From assembly GCA_964628185.1 (NCBI GenBank), contig CAZVLQ010000003.1, forward strand, positions 299 to 64,298: a stretch of 64,000 nucleotides of DNA, in the 5' to 3' direction. Positions 8,241-17,435 of this stretch are shown piece after piece. This DNA is from an uncultured Zetaproteobacteria bacterium. GTDB lineage: Bacteria; Pseudomonadota; Zetaproteobacteria; Mariprofundales; Mariprofundaceae. Numbering within the stretch: position 1 is the first letter of the stretch; each line of letters starts with the position of its first letter. The notes under the pieces were generated by a model. The model saw nothing but the letters and a program-made list of their open reading frames with translations, was not told the origin of the DNA and searched no databases. Position numbers and translations under genes: made by a program.

Positions 8241-9078
8241 CTGGAAGCGTTGCCAGCCACTGCTTCCAGACGCTGAAATAGGCTTTTCCGGAAACTGTAT
8301 CGAAGTCGTTATGGCCGCCTGCCAGTGTGCGCAGGGTTTTCGGTTCGTGGGCGGCTGCAAAAATCTTTTCGGCCATGGCGGATGGTACAATCCTGTCATT
8401 CTTTGCCCTGATAAGCAGCAGGGGCTCGTGTATCGCACGCACCTTCGCAAGCGTGTTCATCCGCGTGCGCGCCAGCAGGCTGAGCGGCAGCCATGGATAC
8501 ATATATCCGGCCATGTCCGGAATACTGGTGAACGGTGTTTCCAGCACGGCACCGGCAGGCCGAACCCTGCCCGCCAGATCGGCCGCTACGGCGCAACCCA
8601 GGCTTCTGCCGGCAATAATGATCCGGGCCGGAGGAATACCGAGCTGACCCGTCAGGTAGCGCCAGCCTGCGAGGGCATCCTCGTACAGGCCATCTTCGGA
8701 AGGCTGACCGCCGCTCTTGCCGAATCCGCGGTATTCCACGGCAAATACACCCAGCCCCATCCCGTGCCATCGCCTGTAGAGATGCAGGCGGTGACTGATG
8801 TTGCCCATGTTGCCGTGAAAATGCAGAACCGCCCGGCCCGAACCGGCGGCCGGCATCCACCATGCGTACAGGGAAACGCCGTCCGCCGTATCAAAACGGT
8901 GCTCCGTGAATGACAGGCCCGCATCCGCGGGCGTATGCAGCATGACCGCATCCGGAAAATAAATATACCGGTCTTCAGACACCAGCATCCAGCCTGTCGT
9001 CCCGACATAAATCAGGGCCAGAACAAACAGCAGCCGTGACAGCATGCGCAGCATTTCAATAGCATAGCCTGCCTGCAA
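8236..9078 (-). CDS. Alpha/beta-fold hydrolase (S9/S33-like), N-terminally membrane anchored
   Basis: 280 aa with an N-terminal hydrophobic helix, an HGNMGN oxyanion region, the nucleophile elbow GRSLGCAVA and a C-terminal GGHND. Confidence 0.8.
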   Translation of the reverse strand: MQAGYAIEMLRMLSRLLFVLALIYVGTTGWMLVSEDRYIYFPDAVMLHTPADAGLSFTEHRFDTADGVSLYAWWMPAAGSGRAVLHFHGNMGNISHRLHLYRRWHGMGLGVFAVEYRGFGKSGGQPSEDGLYEDALAGWRYLTGQLGIPPARIIIAGRSLGCAVAADLAGRVRPAGAVLETPFTSIPDMAGYMYPWLPLSLLARTRMNTLAKVRAIHEPLLLIRAKNDRIVPSAMAEKIFAAAHEPKTLRTLAGGHNDFDTVSGKAYFSVWKQWLATLPE

Positions 9079-9197
9079 TGGCCGTGCAGCGTGAAATCCG
9101 TGGATTGGTGGTGGCCGAAGCTTGCGCAGATTCTCCGTGCGCCGCGTTCAGTCCGTGACTTTGACCCCACGGTGCAGCACCCGGGCCTGCAAGCGCT

Positions 9198-9449
9198 CTA
9201 GCCCGTATATTGCATGAAGGATTCGGAATTCAGGCTTGAGCAGGCCTGGCAGGCTGGTTGATCGGGCGACAAAGCATAGCCGTAGCTATGGTTTGAGGCC
9301 GAGCGGCCAGGATGCCAGGCCTGATCGGGTCTGAAACCGGATAGGACAAAGTGTAACCACGGATAAACTGGCCTGGTTCTGTGTAAGCCATTAACATAAT
9401 GTAATATCCTGTCCATCAGATGTTCGCCTTCATGCAATATACGGGCTAG
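9198..9449. mobile_element. MITE-like repeat family A, complete copy 1 (252 bp)
   Basis: 23-bp terminal inverted repeats CTAGCCCGTATATTGCATGAAGG / CCTTCATGCAATATACGGGCTAG. Near-identical, in reverse orientation, to 54699..54950. Confidence 0.85.
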
Positions 9450-9492
9450 CCCGCGGCTTGTCCCGGCGAGGAAATCCGCGTAGAGATTAGGC

Positions 9493-9828
9493 ATGGCTCA
9501 GGACAGACATCTGGTATATTCCACCGGTCACGGCAGGGTAACCGGGCAGACCGGCAAGCACCGTGAACAGGCGGAACACCAGGCCGGCGGGCAGGGGGTG
9601 CGCATCAGTCGCGAAAAGAAGGGACGGGGCGGCAAGACGGTGTGTGTCATTTCCGGCCTCACGCTGCCACAGTGTGAACTTAAGGGACTGCTGAAGGAAC
9701 TCAAGTGTTCACTGGGCACCGGCGGCGCGATGAAACATGGCTGCATCGAGATCCAGGGCGACCATCGCGACAAGCTGCTGTCGCTGCTCGGTGCCCGGGG
9801 GATCAGGGCCAGGGCAGGCGGTGGTTGA
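9493..9828 (+). CDS. yciH: SUI1/eIF1-family translation initiation factor-like protein YciH
   Basis: 111 aa. Has the typical SUI1 core (REKKGRGGKTVCVISGL...LKELKCSLGTGGAMKHGCIEIQGDHRDKL). Confidence 0.88.
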   Translation: MAQDRHLVYSTGHGRVTGQTGKHREQAEHQAGGQGVRISREKKGRGGKTVCVISGLTLPQCELKGLLKELKCSLGTGGAMKHGCIEIQGDHRDKLLSLLGARGIRARAGGG

Positions 9829-9848
9829 TTGAACCGGGATTCCACGCC

Positions 9849-10625
9849 GTGAAACGCTGGCTGTATCCGGGCTGTGTGACGGCATGTATGCTACTTTATC
9901 CGGCGGCCGCGTTGGCCATTGTCAATGTCGAGGCCGTACATGTCGGCGCCCCGGCCGAAGGCTTTGCCGGCACTGCCACCGCCTCGTTCGGCGGCGCCTC
10001 CGGTAACAGCAACAGGTTCCGGGGCAGGGCCGATGCCCGCCTGCAGTGGCATACCGGCAGGCATACGGATTTCGCGGTATTCAGTTACGACTATGGCAAG
10101 AGCCGGGGGCGCACGGACACCAACAGGCAGTTCGTCCATCTGCGTCACCGCTTCCAGTTCGCGCGCGCCTGGGCGCTTGAAGCCTTCGGGCAGGCGGAAC
10201 GCGACGAATTCGCCCGCCTGTCCTTTCGCGGTCTGCTCGGCGGCGGCCTGCGCCGCACCCTTCTGGAAAGGGAAGCCGTGGCGGCGGTGTACCTGGGGCT
10301 GGGCGCCATGTTTGAACGCGAGGTGTTGCGCCACGGTTCCGGCACCAGTGATCCCCGCCGCCAGTCGAGCGGCCGGGGCAATATCTACCTGAGCACGCAG
10401 GCACGTATCAACGCGCGGACGCGCTTTTCCAGCACGACCTTTTACCAGCCGGACGTGACGGATTTTGGCGACTTCCGGCTACTGGAGGAGGCCGCCCTGT
10501 ACATCCGGCTGGCAAACAGCATGGAGCTCCGGCTGGATATTGAGGTGCAACACGACAGCCGTCCGCCGCAGACGGTGAAAACAACCGATATCACCTACAC
10601 GACGGGCGTTGAAGTGAGCTTCTGA
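9849..10625 (+). CDS. DUF481-like outer-membrane beta-barrel protein
   Basis: GTG start chosen after the yciH stop (the ORF opens at 9705). Signal-like N-terminus, alternating beta-strand pattern and terminal ...TGVEVSF. Confidence 0.6.
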   Translation: MKRWLYPGCVTACMLLYPAAALAIVNVEAVHVGAPAEGFAGTATASFGGASGNSNRFRGRADARLQWHTGRHTDFAVFSYDYGKSRGRTDTNRQFVHLRHRFQFARAWALEAFGQAERDEFARLSFRGLLGGGLRRTLLEREAVAAVYLGLGAMFEREVLRHGSGTSDPRRQSSGRGNIYLSTQARINARTRFSSTTFYQPDVTDFGDFRLLEEAALYIRLANSMELRLDIEVQHDSRPPQTVKTTDITYTTGVEVSF

Positions 10626-11529
10626 CCGCCTGACAGTCTGCGGTAATCTGATGCATCAGGTCATCCGGGCCGGCGAAGGCGCGGTCTTCCCGGATACGTT
10701 CGACAAACGTGACTTTCAACCGCTGTTTGTACAGGTCCGGGCTATCGTCAAGCACATGCGTTTCCAGTATCAGCGTTCGCCCCATGAAGGTGGGGCGGTA
10801 ACCCAGGTAGGCCGCGCCGTTCCATCGTCTTCCCCTGCTTTCGGCATAGACCGCATACACGCCGGCAGGCGGATGCGCCAGATCACGCACATCCAGATTT
10901 GCCGTTGGAAACCCGAGTCTGCGCCCGCGCGCTTCCCCTTTGCCAACATGCCCGGAAATGGAAAAGGGATGGCCCAGCAGATCTTCCGCCAGCCTGAAAT
11001 CCGCCGCCTCTATCGCCGAACGGATACGACTGGAAGAAACAACTGCGCCATGCAGTTCGAACGCCTCGGCCACGCTGACCGTAAAGCCCAGCTCCTCGCC
11101 CAGTGCGCGCAGCAATTCGGCGTCGCCGCCGCGGCCGTGCCCGAAGGCAAAGTCATAGCCGACGTGAATATGCCGGAAACACAAGCAGGCGTGCAACTTG
11201 CGAACAAAATGACTGGCTGACCAGGCAGCCAGCCGCGGGGTGAAGTGGAGTAACAGCGTGGCATTCATGCCGGCCTGCTTCAGGCCTTCCAACCGTTCAT
11301 GCAAATGACAGAGGCGGCGCGGTGTTTCTCCCGGAAACAGAATTGCTCTGGGATGCGGCTCAAACGTAACCGCAATAGCCGGCCCACCCACATTCAGTGC
11401 ATGACCCCGTGTTTCCGCGAGGATCTGCTCGTGGCCCAGATGTACGCCATCAAAATTTCCAATGGTTACCGCGCCCCGTTGCAGTGATTCATGGACGGCT
11501 GCCGTTTCCAGGGATCGTAATACCTTCAT
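10591..11529 (-). CDS. ribF: Bifunctional riboflavin kinase / FMN adenylyltransferase
   Basis: 312 aa. VTIGNFDGVHLGHEQIL motif, with the riboflavin-kinase C-terminal half (GFPTANL, GAAYLGYRPTF). Confidence 0.93.
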   Translation of the reverse strand: MKVLRSLETAAVHESLQRGAVTIGNFDGVHLGHEQILAETRGHALNVGGPAIAVTFEPHPRAILFPGETPRRLCHLHERLEGLKQAGMNATLLLHFTPRLAAWSASHFVRKLHACLCFRHIHVGYDFAFGHGRGGDAELLRALGEELGFTVSVAEAFELHGAVVSSSRIRSAIEAADFRLAEDLLGHPFSISGHVGKGEARGRRLGFPTANLDVRDLAHPPAGVYAVYAESRGRRWNGAAYLGYRPTFMGRTLILETHVLDDSPDLYKQRLKVTFVERIREDRAFAGPDDLMHQITADCQAVRSSLQRPSCR

Positions 11530-11663
11530 GCCGCGTAACCGCCCGGATTGCCGCTGATGTGTTCGGGAACAAGGAAAACACGCGGCGTGTACTCCTGCGC
11601 ATGAGCATGTTTGACGCCGTTATCGGACAAATCAGGAGTGAGCTGAGCAGTTACCATGCCACA

Positions 11664-11711
11664 AGCCTAGCCTGCCCCTTACACACAAGTCACGTCACAG
11701 AACCCTTGCAC
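11664..11711. repeat. Solo terminal fragment of MITE-like family C
   Basis: GCCTAGCCTGCCCCTTACACACAAGTCACGTCACAGAACCCTTGCACA matches the reverse complement of the right end of the 43216..43491 copy. Homology stops after about 48 nt. Confidence 0.7.
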
Positions 11712-11788
11712 ATTGTTTTCCAGCAGAATCCCGGATTTTTTGCGATGACGGGCTGTTCACTCCGGCCCGTCACTTGTACTATGCCGTT

Positions 11789-12418
11789 ATGCCGTTTGAT
11801 CTCGCCGTCATTGATCTGGACAACACGCTTTACGCCGCCGATTCCGGCGTGTTTGCCCGCATGGATCAGCGCATGACCGCGTTTGTTTCCCGCAAGCTTC
11901 ATATCGGGAAAATCCAGGCCGGCGAATTGCGCCAGCGCTACTGGAAACAGTATGGCACCACCCTGCGCGGGCTGATGCTCCATCACGGTATCGAGGCGGA
12001 ACCGTTTCTGGATGAAGTACATGATATCGGAGTAGAGAAGATGCTTGCACCGGACCACGGCCTGAATACGGCGCTAAGCCGTCTTCCGGGGCGCAAGGTG
12101 ATTCACACCAACAGCATTCGCGAACATGCCGAGCGTGTCCTCACGGCCCTGGGAGTGGCGCATCACTTTTCCGCTATTTATGATATTCGCTTTAATGCCT
12201 ACCAACCCAAACCATGCCCCGAAACCCTGTCCATCCTGATCAAATCCGAAGGCATGCGCCCGGACCGTACCATCGTCGTTGACGACATGGAGGACAATCT
12301 GGCGGCAGCCAGACAGGCGGGCGCCCGGACCGCGCTTGTCGCCGGGCGGTCATCGGCGGTATCATGGGATTTTCAGGCTGCGTCATTCATCGAGCTGTGC
12401 TGCGACATCACTGCCTGA
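11789..12418 (+). CDS. HAD-superfamily hydrolase (pyrimidine 5'-nucleotidase-like)
   Basis: DxD motif VIDLDNTLY near the N-terminus, HTNS motif II and C-terminal VDDMEDNL. The ORF opens with TTG at 11774; the first ATG is at 11789. Confidence 0.8.
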   Translation: MPFDLAVIDLDNTLYAADSGVFARMDQRMTAFVSRKLHIGKIQAGELRQRYWKQYGTTLRGLMLHHGIEAEPFLDEVHDIGVEKMLAPDHGLNTALSRLPGRKVIHTNSIREHAERVLTALGVAHHFSAIYDIRFNAYQPKPCPETLSILIKSEGMRPDRTIVVDDMEDNLAAARQAGARTALVAGRSSAVSWDFQAASFIELCCDITA

Positions 12419-12570
12419 CCGGGGCCGGGCAGGAAAAGAATGAACCGCGAATGGACGCGCACCAGAGATCATGTATTTTTTCCCTTATTGGCGTGCATTC
12501 GCGATTCTCATGATTGTTCCCGCCGTTACCATTTTTCATAACCCTGTGCTTTTGTGGTAGCCTTTTAGCC

Positions 12571-13773
12571 ATGGATATCCCCACGCATATTGAATCCGAG
12601 ATCCGGCGGCGTGCGGAAACAGGCGGCACGCTGAACTGTTATATCTACGACACCTCGGCCATGTCGGATAAAATTCGTCATCTTGCGGCCATCATGCCCG
12701 CCGGCGTTGCGATCTTTTATGCCATGAAAGCCAATCCACATCCGGCATTCCTGGCGGCCGCGCGGAAAGCCGGCGCGGCGGGTATTGAAATCGCCAGCCT
12801 TGGCGAAGCGAAAAAAGCAATTGCCGCGGGCTTTGATGCTTCCCGGCTCATCTATACCGGCCCCGGCAAATCCCCCGAAGAATTGCACTGGGGCGTGGAA
12901 CACGGCATTCGAAGCATGCATGTGGAATCCCTGGCCGAAGCGCACCGGCTTGACGCCATCTGCGCCGGGCTGGGGAAAAGCCAGGATGTGCTGCTGCGTA
13001 TCAACGCAAACTTCGATATTCATGAAGCCCAGACGACTTTTTCCGGCGGCTCCAGGAAGTTCGGCGTGGATGAGGAAAAGCTGGGGATCGTGTTGCCGCG
13101 AATCCTGGCGCTTTCCCACCTGAACTTTCGCGGCCTGCATGTCTATGCGGCATCCGGCGTGCTCAATGTCGATGACCTGCTGAAAAACTGCAAACTGGTG
13201 TTTGACATGGCGCGGGAAATTGAAGCCGAGAATCCGGGCGCACCGTGCGACACCATTGATTTTGGCGGCGGTTTCGGCGTGGATTATCTTGAAACCGGCC
13301 ATGATTTTGATCCGGAGGCTTATGCCGGCGGCTTGCGTGATCTGATCGAAACATATGGTTTTGCCGGCCGCACATTCTTTCTCGAACTGGGCCGCTGGCT
13401 GGCCGCCGACTCCGGCTGGTTCTGTACCGAGATTCTTGATATCAAGGAATCGCGCGGTAAAAAGCAGGTGATCTGCGCCGGCGGCATCAATCATTTCCGC
13501 AGGCCGGCGGCGCTGGCCATCAATCATCCGCTGGCTATCGTGCCCATGCATCGCCCGGCGTTGTTTGACGGTCAGGAGTGCGTGCACGACGAACGCGCCT
13601 ATTTCGGAGGACCTCTGTGCACCGGTGCGGATAAACTGGCCAATGATACCTGTGTCAGGCATGCGGAAATCGGGGATATTGCAGTGTTTGGCTATGCCGG
13701 CGCCTATGGGCTGACCATGTCCAATCTGGAGTTTCTCAGCCATGAACATCCGGATGAAATTGTACTGACATGA
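12571..13773 (+). CDS. Type III PLP-dependent decarboxylase (Orn/DAP/Arg decarboxylase family, LysA-like)
   Basis: Motifs YAMKANPHP (PLP lysine), FGGGFGVDY, ELGRWLAADSG and AGAYGLTMS. ATG at 12571; the ORF opens at 12514. Confidence 0.8.
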   Translation: MDIPTHIESEIRRRAETGGTLNCYIYDTSAMSDKIRHLAAIMPAGVAIFYAMKANPHPAFLAAARKAGAAGIEIASLGEAKKAIAAGFDASRLIYTGPGKSPEELHWGVEHGIRSMHVESLAEAHRLDAICAGLGKSQDVLLRINANFDIHEAQTTFSGGSRKFGVDEEKLGIVLPRILALSHLNFRGLHVYAASGVLNVDDLLKNCKLVFDMAREIEAENPGAPCDTIDFGGGFGVDYLETGHDFDPEAYAGGLRDLIETYGFAGRTFFLELGRWLAADSGWFCTEILDIKESRGKKQVICAGGINHFRRPAALAINHPLAIVPMHRPALFDGQECVHDERAYFGGPLCTGADKLANDTCVRHAEIGDIAVFGYAGAYGLTMSNLEFLSHEHPDEIVLT

Positions 13774-13843
13774 GCGGAATGTCATTTCCACCCTACCCAG
13801 CGCGTTTTTTTTCGCTAGATTGCCCTGAAGACGGGAGCCGTAC

Positions 13844-14668
13844 ATGAGCCACTTGCAGCATATCATTGAAGATGCCTGGGAAAGCCGCGCACAGTGGTCG
13901 GCACGGGATGTGAGCGCCGAAGTGCGTGAAGGCATTGAGCATGCCATTCAACTGCTGGATGACGGCGGCGTGCGGGTAGCTGAAAGAAACGCATCCGGCG
14001 ACTGGATCACCAACGAGTGGCTGAAGAAAGCCGTATTGCTCTATTTCAAGCTGCATGAAAATCAACTGATCAGTAGCGGGGCATCCAACTATTTTGACAA
14101 GGTGCCGCTGAAATTCGCCGCCTGGGGCGAGGCGATGTTTTATCGTGCGAGCATCCGCGTGGTGCCGCCGGCGGCGGTACGCAAGGGCGCCTATATCGCA
14201 CCGAAGGCGGTGCTGATGCCTTCATATGTGAACATCGGCGCCTACGTGGATGAGGGCACGATGATTGACACCTGGGCGACCGTGGGCTCATGTGCGCAGG
14301 TCGGCAAGCACTGCCATATCTCCGGCGGCGCCGGTATCGGTGGCGTACTGGAGCCCATTCAGGCCAGCCCCGTCATCATTGAAGACAACTGTTTTATCGG
14401 CGCGCGCGCCGAAGTGGCCGAAGGCGTAATCGTGCGTAAAGGATCCGTACTGTCCATGGGTGTCTATCTTGGCCAGTCCACGCGTATTTATAACCGTGAA
14501 ACCGGCGAAGTATCCTATGGCGAAGTGCCGCCGTATTCAGTGGTGGTGTCCGGCGCCATGCCCGGCAAATCGGGCGGCCCGAACCTGTATTGCGCCGTTA
14601 TCGTCAAACAGGTGGATGAAAAAACCCGCGCCAAAACAGGTATCACGGAATTGCTTCGTGAATTTTAA
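13844..14668 (+). CDS. dapD: 2,3,4,5-tetrahydropyridine-2,6-dicarboxylate N-succinyltransferase
   Basis: 274 aa. Has the DapD N-terminal helical domain, followed by hexapeptide repeats and a C-terminal ...[13 protein letters not shown]. Confidence 0.93.
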   Translation: MSHLQHIIEDAWESRAQWSARDVSAEVREGIEHAIQLLDDGGVRVAERNASGDWITNEWLKKAVLLYFKLHENQLISSGASNYFDKVPLKFAAWGEAMFYRASIRVVPPAAVRKGAYIAPKAVLMPSYVNIGAYVDEGTMIDTWATVGSCAQVGKHCHISGGAGIGGVLEPIQASPVIIEDNCFIGARAEVAEGVIVRKGSVLSMGVYLGQSTRIYNRETGEVSYGEVPPYSVVVSGAMPGKSGGPNLYCAVIVKQVDEKTRAKTGITELLREF

Positions 14669-14775
14669 TCCATTCATGCCGGCTCGCCCTGTAATGAAAT
14701 ACCCTTTCGCACGGACCATAAACCCACGGCTGTTCGCGCGATGGAAAGGCATGAGCTGATGCCGCGGGAGAACAA

Positions 14776-15933
14776 ATGAAAAAAGTGAATATCGCCATTG
14801 CCGGTATCGGAAACTGTGCCAGCGCACTGATTCAGGGCATTTACTTCTACACGCCGCAAAAAAAGGAATCCGCCATCGGCCTGATGCACTGGGAAATCGG
14901 AGGCTATGCGCCGCATGACCTTCGGGTAGTCGCGGCCTTTGACATTGACGAACGCAAAGTGGGCCATGACGTGCATGAAGCCATATTCACCGCCCCCAAC
15001 TGTACGGCTGCTTTTTGCAAGATCCTGCCGGCCAGTGGCATCACCGTGCAGATGGGCAGGACACTGGATGGCGTTTCCGAACACATGGCGCAATATCCGA
15101 ACGAACGGACATTCCTTCCCGCCCGGGTGCCTCAGGCGGACAAGGCGGATGTTGTGCGGATTCTCGGGCAGAGCGGCGCGGACGTGCTGATCAACTACAT
15201 GCCCGTCGGCTCGGAACTGGCCACACGTTTCTATGCCGGGTGCGCACTGGAAGCCGGCGTGGGCTTTGTCAACTGCATGCCGTCCTTTATCGCCAGCAAT
15301 CCGGAGTGGGCCATGCGTTTTTCTTCCGCCGGTCTGCCCGTGATCGGTGATGATATCAAATCACAGCTCGGCGCCACCATCACCCATCGCATGCTGACCA
15401 GTCTGTTTGCCAAACGCGGCGTCAAGATTGACCGTACCTACCAGTTGAACACGGGCGGCAATACGGATTTCCTGAACATGCTGAATCGCTCCCGCCTGGC
15501 ATCCAAGAAGGAGTCCAAAACCGAAGCGGTGCAATCGGTTTTGTCCGAACGCCTGGAGGATGACCAGATTCATATTGGCCCAAGCGATTACGTGCCATGG
15601 CAGAAAGACAATAAAGTAGCCTTCATCCGCATCGAGGGGCGTATGTTCGGCAACGTGCCGATGCATGTGGAAATGCGCCTGTCCGTGGAGGATTCCCCGA
15701 ATTCGGCCGGCGTGGCCATTGATGCGATCCGCTGCTGCAAACTGGCGCGCGACAGAGGACTGGCCGGCGTCGTGGAGGGCCCTTCCGCCTTCTTTATGAA
15801 ACATCCGCCAAAACAGTTTCCGGATGAAATCGCCTGGCGCATGACCGAGGCCTATATCGCCGGCGATGCGGCCGCAAACAGCAATGGCGACGACAGCGAA
15901 GGGGAGACGATGGCCCTTGCCGGCAAGGGTTGA
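14776..15933 (+). CDS. ino1: myo-Inositol-1-phosphate synthase (short bacterial/archaeal type)
   Basis: 385 aa. Motifs VNIAIAGIGNCASALIQG (Rossmann), GDDIKSQLGATITHRML, QLNTGGNTDFLNM and ASKKESKTEAV. Confidence 0.9.
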   Translation: MKKVNIAIAGIGNCASALIQGIYFYTPQKKESAIGLMHWEIGGYAPHDLRVVAAFDIDERKVGHDVHEAIFTAPNCTAAFCKILPASGITVQMGRTLDGVSEHMAQYPNERTFLPARVPQADKADVVRILGQSGADVLINYMPVGSELATRFYAGCALEAGVGFVNCMPSFIASNPEWAMRFSSAGLPVIGDDIKSQLGATITHRMLTSLFAKRGVKIDRTYQLNTGGNTDFLNMLNRSRLASKKESKTEAVQSVLSERLEDDQIHIGPSDYVPWQKDNKVAFIRIEGRMFGNVPMHVEMRLSVEDSPNSAGVAIDAIRCCKLARDRGLAGVVEGPSAFFMKHPPKQFPDEIAWRMTEAYIAGDAAANSNGDDSEGETMALAGKG

Positions 15934-16672
15934 TACCGCCGTGATTCTGGCCGCCGGAAAAGGCGGCCGCCTTGCGCACATCACACCATGCAAACCCCTG
16001 GCCCGGTGCCTGGGCATCCCCCTGCTGGAACACAGCGTCCGGACCCTGATGGCCGCCGGCATTCGCCGGATCGTTCTTGTTTGCGGTTACCGCGCCGATA
16101 AAGTGTCGGCCTTTGCCGGAAGGCTGGGGCGCAGGCTTGGTGTTGAAATATGCATCATCCACCACAATGGCTGGCGCAAAGGCAACGGCAGCTCGGCGCT
16201 GGCCGCCAGATCGGCGGTACAGGGATTGTTTCTTCTGGTTATGTGCGATCATCTGTTTGACGCGGAAATACTTCGCCGCCTGATACGCACCGATCCTCCG
16301 GATGACGGACTGGTTCTGGCGGTGGACGGGCACCTGGAAAACCCGCTGGTGGATATGGAGGATGTGACCCGCGTGAAGCGCAATGGCAAGCACATCGCGG
16401 ACATTGGCAAGGGCCTTGAACAATTCGACGCCTTTGATACCGGCGCTTTTTTGTGTACGCCCGGTCTGTTTACCGCGCTCGCCGATGCCGTTGCACGAAA
16501 TGAAGGGTCGCTGAGCGCGGCCGTCATACGCCTGGCGGTGGAAAAAAGGGCGCTGACGATGGATGTGTCCGGCGCATTCTGGATTGACGTGGATGATGCC
16601 GCCACGATGGCGCAGGCAAGCCGTGCCCTGACGGCCCGCAGCGGAAATGATCCGTTCAGGCCGTGCGTATGA
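15866..16672 (+). CDS. Nucleotidyltransferase, candidate CTP:inositol-1-phosphate cytidylyltransferase-like
   Basis: N-terminal AVILAAGKGGRL nucleotide-binding loop and a GlmU/RmlA/MobA-like fold pattern. Overlaps the ino1 3' end. The start is uncertain (ATG 15866, ATG 15884 or TTG 15917). Confidence 0.6.
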   Translation: MRPQTAMATTAKGRRWPLPARVDTAVILAAGKGGRLAHITPCKPLARCLGIPLLEHSVRTLMAAGIRRIVLVCGYRADKVSAFAGRLGRRLGVEICIIHHNGWRKGNGSSALAARSAVQGLFLLVMCDHLFDAEILRRLIRTDPPDDGLVLAVDGHLENPLVDMEDVTRVKRNGKHIADIGKGLEQFDAFDTGAFLCTPGLFTALADAVARNEGSLSAAVIRLAVEKRALTMDVSGAFWIDVDDAATMAQASRALTARSGNDPFRPCV

Positions 16673-17402
16673 CTTCCGTTTCAATCCGCCCGTCCGGATA
16701 CAGTTGCAGACAGCGATAGCCGGGACCTGCGTCATCCAGGGCAAACGTGTCGCATCCGGGTTTGAACTGAATGCAGCTTGAAGGAGACGCCAACAGGCGA
16801 ACCGGCCCGTGCCTTCCCTCAAACCCCTGATGGACATGGCCGAAAACAACACCGCGCACCTGCGGATAACGATCCAGCACATCAAAAAATTCTTCGGAGT
16901 TGGCGAGGCCGATGGCGTCAATCCAGTGGCTGCCGACCGCTACGGGCGGATGGTGCAGCGCAACCAGGGCCGGACAATCCGGCCAGTTTTGCAGCATGTC
17001 ATCAAGAAACGCCAGTTCGTCCACGGCAAGAAATCCACTTTCTTCGCCGCGCATGACGGTATCAAGCAGAATGATGTTCCATCCCCTGATCTGCAGGTAG
17101 CGCCCGGGGCTGATATTTCCGCCCGGAAGCTGCTGCTGCATAATGGCCACATCATCATGATTGCCGGGAATAAACATCACCGGTGCGGACAGGCCGGCCA
17201 GCATATCGCGGCACTGCCGGTAGGAGGCGGCGGAACCGTCATGCGAAACATCCCCCGTAACCAGCACCAGATCAGGCGCCGGAAACTTCAGGCGGCAGTC
17301 CCGCACTACCACACCCAGGCCGTTCAGGGTGTTAATGCCCTTGAGTGTTCCCTCTGCATCGGCAAACAGATGAAAGTCAGTGATTTGTATGATACGCAGC
17401 AT
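16656..17402 (-). CDS. cpdA: Metallophosphoesterase, 3',5'-cyclic-nucleotide phosphodiesterase CpdA/Icc-like
   Basis: Motifs IQITDFHL, VTGDVSHDG, IPGNHDD, ALHHPP and GHVHQ. ATG at 17402; the ORF opens with TTG at 17426. Confidence 0.8.
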   Translation of the reverse strand: MLRIIQITDFHLFADAEGTLKGINTLNGLGVVVRDCRLKFPAPDLVLVTGDVSHDGSAASYRQCRDMLAGLSAPVMFIPGNHDDVAIMQQQLPGGNISPGRYLQIRGWNIILLDTVMRGEESGFLAVDELAFLDDMLQNWPDCPALVALHHPPVAVGSHWIDAIGLANSEEFFDVLDRYPQVRGVVFGHVHQGFEGRHGPVRLLASPSSCIQFKPGCDTFALDDAGPGYRCLQLYPDGRIETEVIRTA

Positions 17403-17435
17403 CGTGAAGACCCATGGTGACGGCAAAGGCCGGGG

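Noticed and set aside
9198-9494. 98-aa ORF (and its 79-aa counterpart at 54711..54950) as a conserved small protein family
   Set aside because: Both lie wholly inside family-A MITE copies. The differences between the copies are almost all non-synonymous or fall in a replaced patch. There is no RBS. The conservation is explained by repeated DNA.
12565-13947. 460-aa minus-strand ORF
   Set aside because: It is antisense to the PLP-decarboxylase and the dapD start. It is low-complexity with no motifs, a shadow ORF.
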